From the NCBI GenBank assembly GCA_030390025.1, contig CM059432.1:21764001-21828000 (forward strand): a stretch of 64,000 nucleotides of DNA, written 5' to 3'. The notes below the pieces were generated by a model. That model was not told the DNA's origin and did no database searches. It worked only from the letters and a program-made list of their open reading frames with translations. Shown piece after piece: positions 35,642-46,899 of the stretch; the stretch's first letter is position 1; the number at the start of each line of letters is the position of its first letter. Origin of the DNA: Squalus acanthias. Taxonomy: Eukaryota. Position numbers and translations under genes: made by a program.

Positions 35642-38164
35642 ATAGATACATAGATACATAGAAGATAGGAGCAGGAGTAGGCCATCCGGCCCTTCGAGTC
35701 TGCTCCGCCATTTAATGAGATCATGGCTGATCCTCCAATTCAGTATCCCGTCCCCGCCTTCTCTCCGTAACCCTTAACCCCTTTTGCCTGTAGAAATATA
35801 TCTAATTCCTTCTTAAATATATTTAATGAGCTGGCGTACACTGCCCTCTGTGGCAATGAGTTCCACAGGTTCACCACCCTCTGAGTGAAGAAATTCCCCC
35901 TCATTTCTGTCCTAAATGGTTTAGCCCTTATCCTTAAATTTTGTCCTCTAGTTCTGTTCTCACCCGCCAAGGGAAACATTCCTTCTGCATCTAGTCTGTC
36001 TAGACCTGTCAGAATTTTATACACTTCTATGAGGTCCCCTCTCAATCTTCTAAACTCCAGTGTGTACATCCCTAAACTACATAGTCTCTCCTCATAGGTC
36101 AATCCCGCCATTCCTGGTATCAGCCTGGTGAATCGCCGCTGCACCCCCTCCATGGCAAGAACATCTTTCCTCAGATGAGGCGACCAAAACTGTACACAGT
36201 ACTCGAGGTGTGGTCTCACCAGTGCCCTGTACAGCTGCAGCAAGGTATCCCTGTTCCTGTATTCCAACCCTTTTGCTATGAAGGCCAGCATACCGTTTGC
36301 CTTCTTGACCGCCTGTTGCACCTGCATGCACGCCTTCAGTGACTGGTGTACAAGAACACCCAGGTCTCTCTGTACTTCCCCCTCTCCCAATTTATTGCCA
36401 TTTAAATAATAATTTGCCCTCCCGTTCCTGCACCCAAGGTGGATAACTTCACACTTGTCCACATTATAGTGCATCTGCCATTTATCCGCCCAATCACCCA
36501 GTCTGTCCAAATCGCTCTGGAGCTTCCTGGTCTCCTCCTCTGAGCCCACCCCCCCTCCTAGTTTAGTGTCGTCTGCAAATTTGGAAATGTTGCATCCGAC
36601 TCCCTGATCCAGGTCATTAATGTAAATTGTGAACAGCTGGGGACCCAGGACAGATCCCTGTGGTACCCCACTTGTTACTGCCTGCCATTCGGAAAATGAG
36701 CCGTTTATTCCAACTCTTTGTTTTCTATCTGACAGCCAGTTCTCTATCCACGTCAATACTTTCCCCTTTATCCCATGAGCTTCAATTTTCCATGCTAATC
36801 TTTTATGTGGGACCTTATCGAAGGCCTTTTGGAAGTCCAGGTACACCACATCTACTGGCTCTCCCCCATCTATTTTACCAGTTACTCCCTCAAAAAATTC
36901 CAATAGATTAGTCAAGCACGATTTACCCTTTGTAAATCCATGTTGACTCTGTCCTATCCTGTCCCCATTTGCTAAGTGCTCCGCTATTTCATCCTTAATG
37001 ATGGACTCCAGCATTTTGCCCACAACTGATGTAAGGCTTACAGGTCTGTAATTACCTGCTTTTTCCCTACCCCCCTTTTTGAATAGTGGGGTAACGTTAG
37101 CTACCCTCCAATCCATGGGCACTGTTCCCGAGTCTAATGAATTCTGAAAAATCATACTTAGTGCATCCGCTATCTCTAGGGCCACCTCCTTCAGTACCCT
37201 AGGATGCATGTTATCAGGCCCTGGGGATTTGTCCGCCTTCAATCCCTTTAGCTTCCTTAACACCATATCCTTAGAGATATTGATTTGCGTCAGTTCCTCC
37301 TTTGCCAATGTCCCTATTTTTCCCGATATCCCAGGGAGGTTTTTTGTGTCTTCCTTCGTAAAGACTGACCCAAAGTATGCATTTAGTTGGTCTGCCATTT
37401 CCTTATTTCCCGTTATATATTCCCCCGTATCTGACTGCAATGGGCCAACTTTGGTTTTCACCAGTCTTTTCCTCTTGATATACTTATAAAAGCTTTTGGA
37501 GTTAGTTTTTATATTTTCCGCCAGCTTGCTTTCGTAAGCTATTTTGCCCCTCTTGATTAAGCCCTTTGTCCTCCTTTGCTCTATCTTAAACTGTTCCCAA
37601 TCTTCCGCTCTGGCACTTTTTTTGGCTATTTTATACGCCCTATCTTTGGATTTTATGCTGTCTCTAATTTCCCCTGTTATCCACGGTTGAGTCACCTTTT
37701 TAGATTTCCTTTTATGCCAGATTGGTATAAGCAATTTTTGCAACTTTGTCATTCTATCTTTAAATGCTTGCCATTGTTTATCTACCTCCAGTCCTCCCAG
37801 GAACGTTGTCCAATCAGACCTACTCAGTTCCCGTCTAATGGCATCATAATTCCCCTTGTTTAAATTCAGGACCTTAGTCTCTGAGTCAATTTCTTCGCTC
37901 TCCATTTCGAGTGAGAAATCGATCATGTTATGATCGCTCTGACCCAAGGGTCCCCGTACAACAAGATTACTAATTAGTCCCTTCTCATTGCACAGTACCC
38001 AGTCCAATATAGCCTGTTCCCGAGTTGGTTCCTCGACATATTGATCCAGATAACCATCCCTTAAACACTCAAGGAATTCCTCCTCCTCATTATTTTTACT
38101 GATTAGGCTAGTCCAATCTATATGTAAGTTAAAGTCACCTATGATGACAGCTGTGCTCTTATTG
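35642..38164 (-). mobile_element. Young 5'-truncated CR1 LINE inserted in the Harbinger derivative
   Basis: (CATAGATA)n tail, CACTC duplicated at 35637-35641 and 38165-38169, uninterrupted ORF2. Confidence 0.95.
35740..38163 (-). CDS. CR1 ORF2 partial (end of AP endonuclease plus complete RT), open but lacking its start
   Basis: 755-aa ORF with NYRPVSLTS, QHGF, LDFQKAFDKV, PQGSVLGP and FADD. The frame stays open upstream through VIIGDFNLHIDW to the truncation point. Confidence 0.9.
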   Translation of the reverse strand, partial: NKSTAVIIGDFNLHIDWTSLISKNNEEEEFLECLRDGYLDQYVEEPTREQAILDWVLCNEKGLISNLVVRGPLGQSDHNMIDFSLEMESEEIDSETKVLNLNKGNYDAIRRELSRSDWTTFLGGLEVDKQWQAFKDRMTKLQKLLIPIWHKRKSKKVTQPWITGEIRDSIKSKDRAYKIAKKSARAEDWEQFKIEQRRTKGLIKRGKIAYESKLAENIKTNSKSFYKYIKRKRLVKTKVGPLQSDTGEYITGNKEMADQLNAYFGSVFTKEDTKNLPGISGKIGTLAKEELTQINISKDMVLRKLKGLKADKSPGPDNMHPRVLKEVALEIADALSMIFQNSLDSGTVPMDWRVANVTPLFKKGGREKAGNYRPVSLTSVVGKMLESIIKDEIAEHLANGDRIGQSQHGFTKGKSCLTNLLEFFEGVTGKIDGGEPVDVVYLDFQKAFDKVPHKRLAWKIEAHGIKGKVLTWIENWLSDRKQRVGINGSFSEWQAVTSGVPQGSVLGPQLFTIYINDLDQGVGCNISKFADDTKLGGGVGSEEETRKLQSDLDRLGDWADKWQMHYNVDKCEVIHLGCRNGRANYYLNGNKLGEGEVQRDLGVLVHQSLKACMQVQQAVKKANGMLAFIAKGLEYRNRDTLLQLYRALVRPHLEYCVQFWSPHLRKDVLAMEGVQRRFTRLIPGMAGLTYEERLCSLGMYTLEFRRLRGDLIEVYKILTGLDRLDAEGMFPLAGENRTRGQNLRIRAKPFRTEMRGNFFTQRVVNLWNSLPQRAVYASSLNIFKKELDIFLQAKGVKGYGEKAGTGY

Positions 38165-39451
38165 CACTCCTTGGCCTTTGCGCCTTAAGACAGGTGTGCA
38201 GCGCCTGATTTAGCGCTCCACTCACCTCCCGGGGCGGTAAAAGTGAAGTTTCCAGTCAGTGCCGATAATTAGCGCCAGGCGCTAATATTTGCGTCCAGAC
38301 GATATTTGCGCCCCAAATGGGGCGCGACCTAATTTTTCCCCCTTTAACTTTCATATAGATTGGGATAAGCAGACTAGATCATGTCAGAAAGGTAGTCAAT
38401 TTCTTGTGTGTGTTCAGGATAGTTTTCGGCAACAATTGGACACATCGGGAGCGGGGTGGGGGCTGGGGGGTGGGCGGTGGGCTGCGGTAGACCCGCACGC
38501 TGTATTTAAAGTGTCAACACGCCTCCTGGGAGCGGGTTGGCTGCCGCCCCGCCTCTGTTAAAAGCAGAAGTGGGCGGGTTGGAAGTGGGTTGAGGACAGG
38601 ATTCAGATTTTTAACACTTTAACCTCCCACCCGACCCAAACCCGCCCATTTTTTGGGGTTAAAATTCCCCCCAACATGTCCTGGAACTAACATATTAGAC
38701 TTAGTAATGAGCAAAGAGCCACATTTAATTAACAGCCTAACGAGGCGTGAATATTTATCTAATGGCAATCATAATATGTTCGAGTTCAATGTAGTGTTTG
38801 AAAGGGAGAAACACGAAACAGCTACTAAGATTCTAGATTTAGGTAAGGCTGGCTTCAACATGATGAGACAGAATTTCCCCGTCTATTCCCGGTATTGAAT
38901 CAGGGACGGGGACGCACCAAAATGAATGTGTGAATAAGGGGCCGATCACATGTTGTGGACCCTTTTGGAAGTTTGTCTCCGACACCTGCCCTGCTCTGGA
39001 ATCTTTAGTGACCCCAACCGCCACCAACCAAAGGTAGGTTATGAAAAAGTTTTTTTTAAACGTTGCTGAGGAGCCATTTTGAGAAAGGTTGCGAAGATTG
39101 AGAAAAAACCAGGCAGCCCACCAAACCGCCCTAGTCAGGTCATGTACAATTTGCCCAATAATGAACTATACCCAAGCCACACAGTCTTTTGAAGAAGACA
39201 ATCATTCACAGGTCAAACCTTCAAGAAGATATTCAATTTTAGGCATCTTTTCATAAATAGTACTGTTAATATGCAATTTTATTCGCCAGTAAAATTAAAG
39301 GAATAGACAAACCCTCCCCCGCCTCTCATAGACACAAATCTCTCTTGTATCTATAGATAGAAAACAAGAAAAAAGCTTGTCATCTGATAGGTGAGCTTCT
39401 CTCACTTCCAGTTTCCAACTTGTTTCTCTGTTCAGCTGTGATCAGTGATCA

Positions 39452-39920
39452 TGCTGTGGTTCAGTGGGTAGCACACTCGCCTCTGAGTCAGAAGGTTGTA
39501 GGTACAAATCCCACTTCAGGAACTTGAGCACATAAAGCTAGGCTGACACTCCAGTGCAGTGCAGAGGGAGTGCTGCACTGTCGGAGGTGCCGTCTTTTGG
39601 ATGAGACGATAAACCGAGGTCCCGTCTGCCCTCTCAGGTGGACGTAAAAGATCCCATGGCATTATTTCGAAGAAGAGTAGGGGAGTTATCCCTGGTGTCC
39701 TGGCCAATATTTATCCCTCAACCAACATAACAAAAACAGATTATCTGGTCATTATCACATTGCTGTTTGTGGGAGCTTGCTGAGTGCAAATTAGCTGCCG
39801 CGTTTCCCACATTACAACAGTGACTCCATTTAAAAAAAAAGTACTTAATTGGCTGTAAAGCGCTTTGAGACGTCCGGTGGTCGTGAAAGGCGCTATATAA
39901 ATGCAAGTCTTTTTTTTTGT
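39452..39920 (+). mobile_element. Full-length Deu-domain tRNA SINE
   Basis: A and B boxes, Deu-like core, tail gaaaggcgctatataaatgcaagtcttt. Confidence 0.88.
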
Positions 39921-39967
39921 TGTATCCTCACTGTATCGAAATCAAGACTTATCACACCTACTCACAA

Positions 39968-41100
39968 TAAGAACATAAGAACATAAGAAATAGCAGCAGG
40001 AGTAGGCCATTCGGCCCTTCGCGCCTGCTCCGCCATTCAATGAGATCATGGCTGATCTTCTGCCTCAACTCCATTCACTGGCCCTATCGCCATATCCCTT
40101 GATGCCCTTACTAGTCAGAAATCTATCCACTTCTGTTTTGAATGTACCCAATGACTAAGCCTCCACAGCCCTCTGAGGTAGAGAATTCCAAAGATTCACC
40201 ACCCTCTGTGTGAAGAAATTTCTTCTCATCTCAGTCCTGAATGGCCTACCCTTTATCCTGAGGCTGTGGCCCCTGGTTCTCGACTCCCCAGCCAAGGGAA
40301 ACATTCTCACAGCATCCACCCTATCAAGCCCTGTAATAATTTTGAATGCTTCAATGAGATACCCTCTCATTCTTCTGAATTCAAGAGAATACAGACCTAG
40401 TTTACTCAATCTCTTCTCATATGACAGTCCCGCCATCTCAGGAATCAATCTCGTGAACCTTCGCTGCACTCCCTCTATGGCAAGTATATCCTTCCTTCGG
40501 TAAGGAGACCAAAATTGTACACAGTAATTCAGTGACTCATGTACAAGGACACCCAGGTCCCTTTGAGCATCTGCATTCTCCAATCTTTCACCATTTAGGA
40601 AATACTCTGCCTTTCTGTTTTTTCTACCAAAGTGGATAACTTCACATTTATCCACATTATATTCCCTCTGCCATGTTCTCGCCCACTCACTGAGCCTGTT
40701 GAGATCCCCTTGAAGCCTCTTCACATCCTCTTCACAACTGACACTGCCACCTAGCTTTGTATCATCAGCAAATTTGGAAATGTTACATTTAGTCCCCTCA
40801 TCCAAATCATTGATATAGATTGTGAATAGCTGGGGCCCAAGCACCGATCCTTGCGGTACCCCACTAGTCACAGCCTGCCATCCTGAAAAAGACCTGTTTA
40901 TCCCTACTCTTTGTTTTCTGTCTGTTAACCAATTCTCAATCCATGCTAGTACATTACCCCCAATTCCATGTGCCCTAATTTTGTTCACCAACCTCTTGTG
41001 TGGGACCTTATCGAAGGCCTTCTGAAAATCCAAATACACCACATCTACCGGTTCCCCTTTGTCTACTCCACTAGTTACATCCTCAAAGAACTCCAATAGG
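39968..41100 (-). mobile_element. 5'-truncated CR1 with an internal deletion
   Basis: RT motifs in ORF 40155-41168, jumping from VHESL to YCVQFW; (AAGAACAT)n tail. Confidence 0.92.
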
Positions 41101-42697
41101 ATTTCCCTTTCATAAATAATATAGTTCAACTCATCAAAGCTGTTGAACTCTTCTCCTTCCCCAGTCATTCCTTCTTCCTCTAATTGACAGGTCTTTTAAA
41201 ACGTATTCATACCTGACCACTACTTCCCAACTTAACTTTGGTGGCCTCCTGCACTCTGCACCTTTGATTCTTCATCTTCGTTTTTCAAGTAACATATGAG
41301 AAAAACAAGCAGATGTTGGGGTCACTTTAACACTATCAACTCAGGCCCCACTAAAAAAAGAAAAAAAGGCATCAGCGCGATTAATGATTTATGCAGAAGA
41401 AAGGGACATCCTACACTGTCTTTCTTTTTAAAATACATAGGTGTATATCCGTTGCTCCTTTAAATAATTCATTATTCACCAAGTCAATTAGTAACACGAT
41501 CCTTTATTGCTGTAAGATTCTGTGAGCAAATGTAAGTGCTCAAAATGTTAAGCATTCTGGCAAGTCAGAATGGAAAAGCACGTATTAAATTTAAATTGTT
41601 GCGTGTTGAGAGATTTAATATAATTCCTACACTTTATTATGTTCAAGTGTCTTCATTACCTGTCAGCCTGCGCATAATAACAAAGCACAATGGCTTTCTC
41701 CCCCCCCCCCCCACGTTTAAATCTACCAAATCCCACGGCTGCTTCAGGAGACAGAGAGAATGTAACGAGGTAATACTTATTATTTCCCTTCGCTAACTTC
41801 TGTTTAAAATGGCAGATTCTGCTGTGTTTTTGTTCTGCTTTGTTTTAATATGGTGTGGGCTGGCTGCGCTGGAGGTAGAATGGAGCATCTTGCATTGTAC
41901 TTCTGAGCGTTGCGGAGGTTGGGTGACATTGTCATGAAAACCTGGGATTTTGTGTGATATGATGCATGCTGTACCTTTCTACTTTTCTCACTTTGTATAG
42001 GTTATCACGTTTTTTTTGTAATGCAATGGAAGCAAACAACCTGGTGTCTTGCTGCAAAAAGAATTGATAAAATTGCACTTGCTTGCAAGAAGCATCTGCT
42101 TGTTTCCCATTTCATGCGTTCGTTAATTGAGAAACTTAGAGACAAGATCCACACTGCAGAATATCACCGCAATAGAGAAGCATAAGAGAGAAGATGGGAT
42201 AAATCAAGAAGTATCACTTGACCAAAGCTAAGCTTGTCACCAAATAAGGGTTGTCAAGCATTTTCCTGAATTATTACAGTGCACAATCTTAAACATTAGA
42301 AAGAGTTGTTTATTGAATTCTAGTACTCCTTCTTTGGTCTGTGAAAGGCCGTGCTCTGTAAATGCTACAGGTCGTGGTGCTAAAAAGATTCTGGGGTCCT
42401 CACCGCCATTAGGAGAATGCTGGGTGCCTGGGGGCCTGGGGGCAGTCGGGCATCTCTCGTGTTCAGCATTCAAAGGACACAAATCAGGGGAAATACGTCG
42501 GAGGCCATACTTCCTTGACTTGCATCTTATAGTATGCCCCCATATCTCCCAAAAAGTCATTGAGGAACGGGCAAAAGGCTTAGTTATCCTTTTCAAAACC
42601 TTCCTGCAGCCAACACCATCACAAACACATTAACTGCTCATTCATCTCATTGTTGTTTGGATGCAAAATGGCCACTGATTATGTATAGGGTCAGTAG

Positions 42698-43150
42698 TGT
42701 CAGCTGTGGCTCAGTGGGTAGCACACTCCCCTCTGAGTCCGAAGGTTGTGGGTTCAAGTCCTACTCCAGGGACTTGAGCACATAAATCTAGGCTGACACT
42801 CCAGTGCTGCATTGTGAGGGAGTGCTGCACTGTCAGAGGTGCTGTCTTTTGGATGAGACGTTAAACCGAGGCCCCGTCTGCTCTCTCAGGTGGATGTAAA
42901 AGATCCCATGGCACTATTTTGAAGAAGAGCAGGGGAGTTATCCCCGGTGTCCTGGCCAATGTTTATCCCTCAATCAACATCACTAAAAATAGACTATCTG
43001 GTCATTATCACATTGCTGTTTGTGGGAGCTTGCTGTGTGCAAATTGGCTGCTGCGTTTCCCACATTACAACAGTGACTACACTCCAAAAGCACTTTCAGA
43101 CATCCGGTGGTCGTGGAAGGCGCTATATAAATGCAAGTCTTTCTTTCTTT
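42698..43150 (+). mobile_element. Full-length Deu-domain tRNA SINE
   Basis: TGGCTCAGTGGG (A box), GGTTCAAGTCC (B box); same body as 39452-39920. Confidence 0.9.
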
Positions 43151-44180
43151 ATACATAAAACATTCACTCCATTTTAAAGCCATTCATTGTATCTGAAGCA
43201 CTTTGAAATGTTTCTGAGCGACGTGATAAGGCTCCAAATAAAGGTAAGCCTTTCTTTCTTAATAACCTTCTCTTGAAGCCCAAAATTCTCTCCTGCCCAA
43301 GGAAACAACATTTAAAATACTAAAAGCTGCATAGATGTGTTTTAACATAGAACTACATAGAATTTATATAGAATTTACAGCACAAGAACAGGTCATTCAG
43401 CACAACTGATCTATGCCAGTGTTTACTCTACACGAGCCTCCTCCCACCCCTCTTCATCTAACCCGAGCAGCATATCCTTCTTCCTTTCTCCCTCATGTGC
43501 TTATCTCGCTTCCCCTTAAATGCTTCTATGCTATGTTAATTTTCCCAAAGTGACAATCTTCATATTGTAGCTGTACCTTATTTCAAAAAAAATATCAGTG
43601 GGGCATTGCTACAATCTTTTGCTTATTCACTTTTAAATCTCTAGTGTCCACATTAGCGGTAATGTCAGCAGTTGAGTTCTACTGTTTGCAGTTTGTAGTG
43701 CTGTTTGCAGACATTAACAGCCAGGTTTTGGAAGAACATTAATTATATTTGAATTTGCAGATCTCTAAACGTGCTAAACAGCTGCCATATAAGGGGCCAT
43801 TGATTTTCACCTCCCTGTGGTCTTACATTTCGACATTAAGCTGCTGCACACAGCAGAAAAAAATCAGCAGTTTTTGAGTCATTCCTAAATTTACTATGAG
43901 CATTAAAATCAGCATACAGGAAATAAATTAATACAGATGGTGCAACACTTATAAAATGACAGTGTTTGTTTTGCTGTGTAATAAGTAAATGACTTCAATG
44001 TGCACCTTTAGTGGCTCTGCTGTTCTTGCAAAAAATTTGCAAATTCCTTCTTGCTTGTAAACACTGCAAACAACGAGTGGTACTGTGATGCTTTGGGCCT
44101 CCAAACCAGGGTGCCAAGGAGGGGAAAGCTACGGGTTAGCATGTGAGATTCTTCAGTCAACCACATTTCTGACCTCAAAG

Positions 44181-44766
44181 GGGGCAAAATTCGGTTGCTT
44201 TGCACCTCCCGTTTTGGTAGCGCCCCGCAGCGCTGCTCCTCCGCCGATGACGTCATCGACGTGCACAGCGCCCCGCTCGCGCCCCGGCTGCGAGCTTCAG
44301 TAGCGCCCCCTGACTTACCGCCAGACGCTATGTCCGACTGGGTCAGGGGGCATACATGCGGCCGGGGTGGCGATATTTAAAGGGGAGGTGCAGGACGGCC
44401 ATTTTTCTTGCTGGCCACCTGCCAGCACCTGCCCCCTTTGCCGTCCCCGGCCTCCGATGCAGCCCCCCGTGGGGTGCCGGCTGCGCTCCGTCAGCCCGGC
44501 ACTCCTCTTGAGTGCCGGGCTCTTTTGCCGGCACCCCGATCCCTGGTGGCCCACCTGGGCCCCGGGTCGCGCTGCACAAGGCCCCTCCCCTTTAATAAAG
44601 GGAGGAAGGCCTGCAGTACCGTGGTGCGAGGAGCGCTTCCAGTCTCCCTCTTGAGCCACTACCAGTGAATTTCGGGCGCGAGGCGCTAACTTTTTCAGGG
44701 CACTAAAAGTAGCGCCCTGGCGAAGTTAGCGCCCCAAAGGGGGTGCGACCAAATTTCCCCCCCCCC
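44181..44766 (+). mobile_element. Harbinger-type MITE
   Basis: GGGGCAAAATT / AAATTTCCCCC termini; repeated TAGCGCC; TGACGTCA; reverse-oriented relative of 53263-53882. Confidence 0.82.
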
Positions 44767-45607
44767 AACTGTGCCCTCATGAGGAAATGAAAGAAGACTA
44801 AAAGAAAGTCTTGCACTTACATGTGCATTATTACATCTCTCAGAAATGTCTCAAAGTGCTTCACGCACAATTGAATTACTTTGATGTGTAGTGGCTGGTA
44901 TTACATAGACAAATATGGCAGAAATTTCACACATAGCAGGATCCCACCAACAACAATGAGATGAATGCCCACTAAACCTACTATTAGTGGTGATGATTGA
45001 GGAATAAATATTAGTCGAGACATGGGGAGTGTTTCCTGCTGTTCTTTGATTGGTTCCATGGGATCTTTAGTCTTCAACTGAATCACTGGAGCAGCAGACG
45101 GAGCTTGAATTTCTTATCTCGCGTTACTGCTGGACTCATTCAGTACTGTACTGGAATGTCAGCCTAAACTATGTGCACGTATAGGCCTTTCAACCACAAT
45201 CTTCTTACGTAGGTGCTAAGTTCTTCCCTCTCCTAACAGAAAACAGGAGACAATACCCTTACTCACTTCCAATGGCCATTAATGGGAAATATTGATAGAG
45301 AGCCACCTTCCATCTCCATAACGTTATCGATACTTAATGCTAGAATTTAATTTCCTTGCACACAGTCTCAGGTTCAAGATGATAAATTTGATAGAGAAGT
45401 TATCACAGTCATTCCAGTCATAACTATTGACAGATGTATTTGCATTTGGTGGGGGGGTGGTGGGTGTGGGGGGCAAACAGGCTTGAGCCATTTTGAGGGC
45501 CAGACCTGATTTAAGTAGATCCAGTGAGCTGCCTGCCCCAAATAGGCATGGTGACGCAGCTCGCTGGATTCAGGACGCTGCCTTTTAAGGGGCAGAAATG
45601 TTTTGGA

Positions 45608-45793
45608 GGGGTAAAATTCAACTTGGGCGGTAGCACAAAGTGGGAGTTAACGCATTGGCAGCCCACCTTACACTCCTCCCGGTTTTCTTTTCCATTGACT
45701 TCAATGTTAATGAAAATCGGGAGAAGTGTAAAATAGGCTGCTGATGCGCTATTGGCCGTTTTGCGCTCATGCCGAAGACTAATACCATCCCCA
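45608..45793. mobile_element. Old palindromic MITE
   Basis: Imperfect hairpin centred on ccattgacttcaatg, with a GGGGTAAAATT start. A similar remnant lies near 60762-60970. Confidence 0.55.
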
Positions 45794-46899
45794 CGATCTC
45801 TAATTTTCTAATTTCCTTTGTTTTTGCCAAGACTTAGTTCACTTGCAACTTCTTCCTCAATTGTGTCGGAAGTTTCTCCAGTGAGAAAGTCTGTATTGCG
45901 TTGGGGTAACTGCAATTCACCTCAGCTTGGGTTGGGGAGTGGAGAATCAGCCAGGGTTCCCGACACCAATAGCTATCCAGAAAACTCTCCAGACTATCCG
46001 TGTATGTGGGCATCAGGTGGAGACAAGATTGCGTTCAGCTGTGACATCCCTTGTGATCAACCAGTCCTGAGATCATCAGAAAAATGTGAGGCGATACTTC
46101 CAGCCACCCATATGATCCTCCAGGCTCCTGACCACATTTTTCGGGGGAGGACTAATTTTGTACGCTGGGCAGGATGGGAGTGGGAATCCTGCTCCTGACT
46201 GCACCTCCACTGCTGGAAGGGAGGGAACATATGGAAATCTGCAGCAGTTCAAAGGCTACTGCAGCTGAAATGGCCAGAAGCACAGCAGATGTGTCAGAAG
46301 GGAAAAAGTTAGGCTACACCTGAAGGCAGGAAAGCAATAGCAGAAGAAGGAGGTCTGCAACGATCAAGGCCTCAAGATTCTCAGACCTGTGATGGAGGTC
46401 CACTTTGGCAGAGTTAAGGGCAAGAAGGCAAAGGTTTTATTGCACCCAGGGAATAATGCCCCAGAGAAAGGATGTGCAGGCAGTCTTGAGGGAGGCAGCA
46501 CTGGCAGTCAGTGACATCTGTAACGCCCTTTATAGTCAGACAGGTGGCATTGATAACACTTGCGCCACTTGTGGGAATCCAACCACTCAGAAGAAGTTGA
46601 TGGTTCTCTCCCTCTCTCTCTCTTTGTCTGCTTCACTGGGACCATGTGGCAATGACTCAGAGGCATGCCAAGAACAGTGCAACAGAAACCTGTCTAATGT
46701 AGTGATAAACTGCTGACTGGATGCCTGCTGTAGCTAATGTCACTAGAGGCTTCCTGAAAGCATCCGGATGCATAGAAGTTAAGTGCTGTTGTCAGTTTCA
46801 CAGACATGGGCTAGACTGTGCCCTTGATAAAAAGTGGCTACTAATCAGGTTTCAACAGCTGGCATTTCTCTGTCGCAGTCGTGGGGGGAAACGCAGCCA

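Larger units (their letters stand above)
34922..38342 (+). mobile_element. Non-autonomous derivative very close to the autonomous Harbinger
   Basis: GGGGTAAAAATT / AATTTTTCCCCC, TTT/TTT flanks. The first ~330 bp and last ~175 bp are nearly identical to the ends of 5905-10249. Confidence 0.93.
34500..38870 (+). mobile_element. Decayed CR1 endonuclease-region fragment hosting the 34922-38342 element
   Basis: ..VAITETWL*..NIPGY..GGGV..GVVY..MG / FNFHIDW..ILDLVMS. The halves rejoin at the TTT duplication. Confidence 0.75.

Noticed and set aside
40155..41168. 337-aa ORF as a functional RT gene
   Set aside because: The N-terminus comes from flanking DNA, and the RT is 5'-truncated and internally deleted.
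42698..42770. tRNA gene
   Set aside because: The A and B boxes belong to a SINE head that continues into the SINE body; it is not a standalone tRNA.
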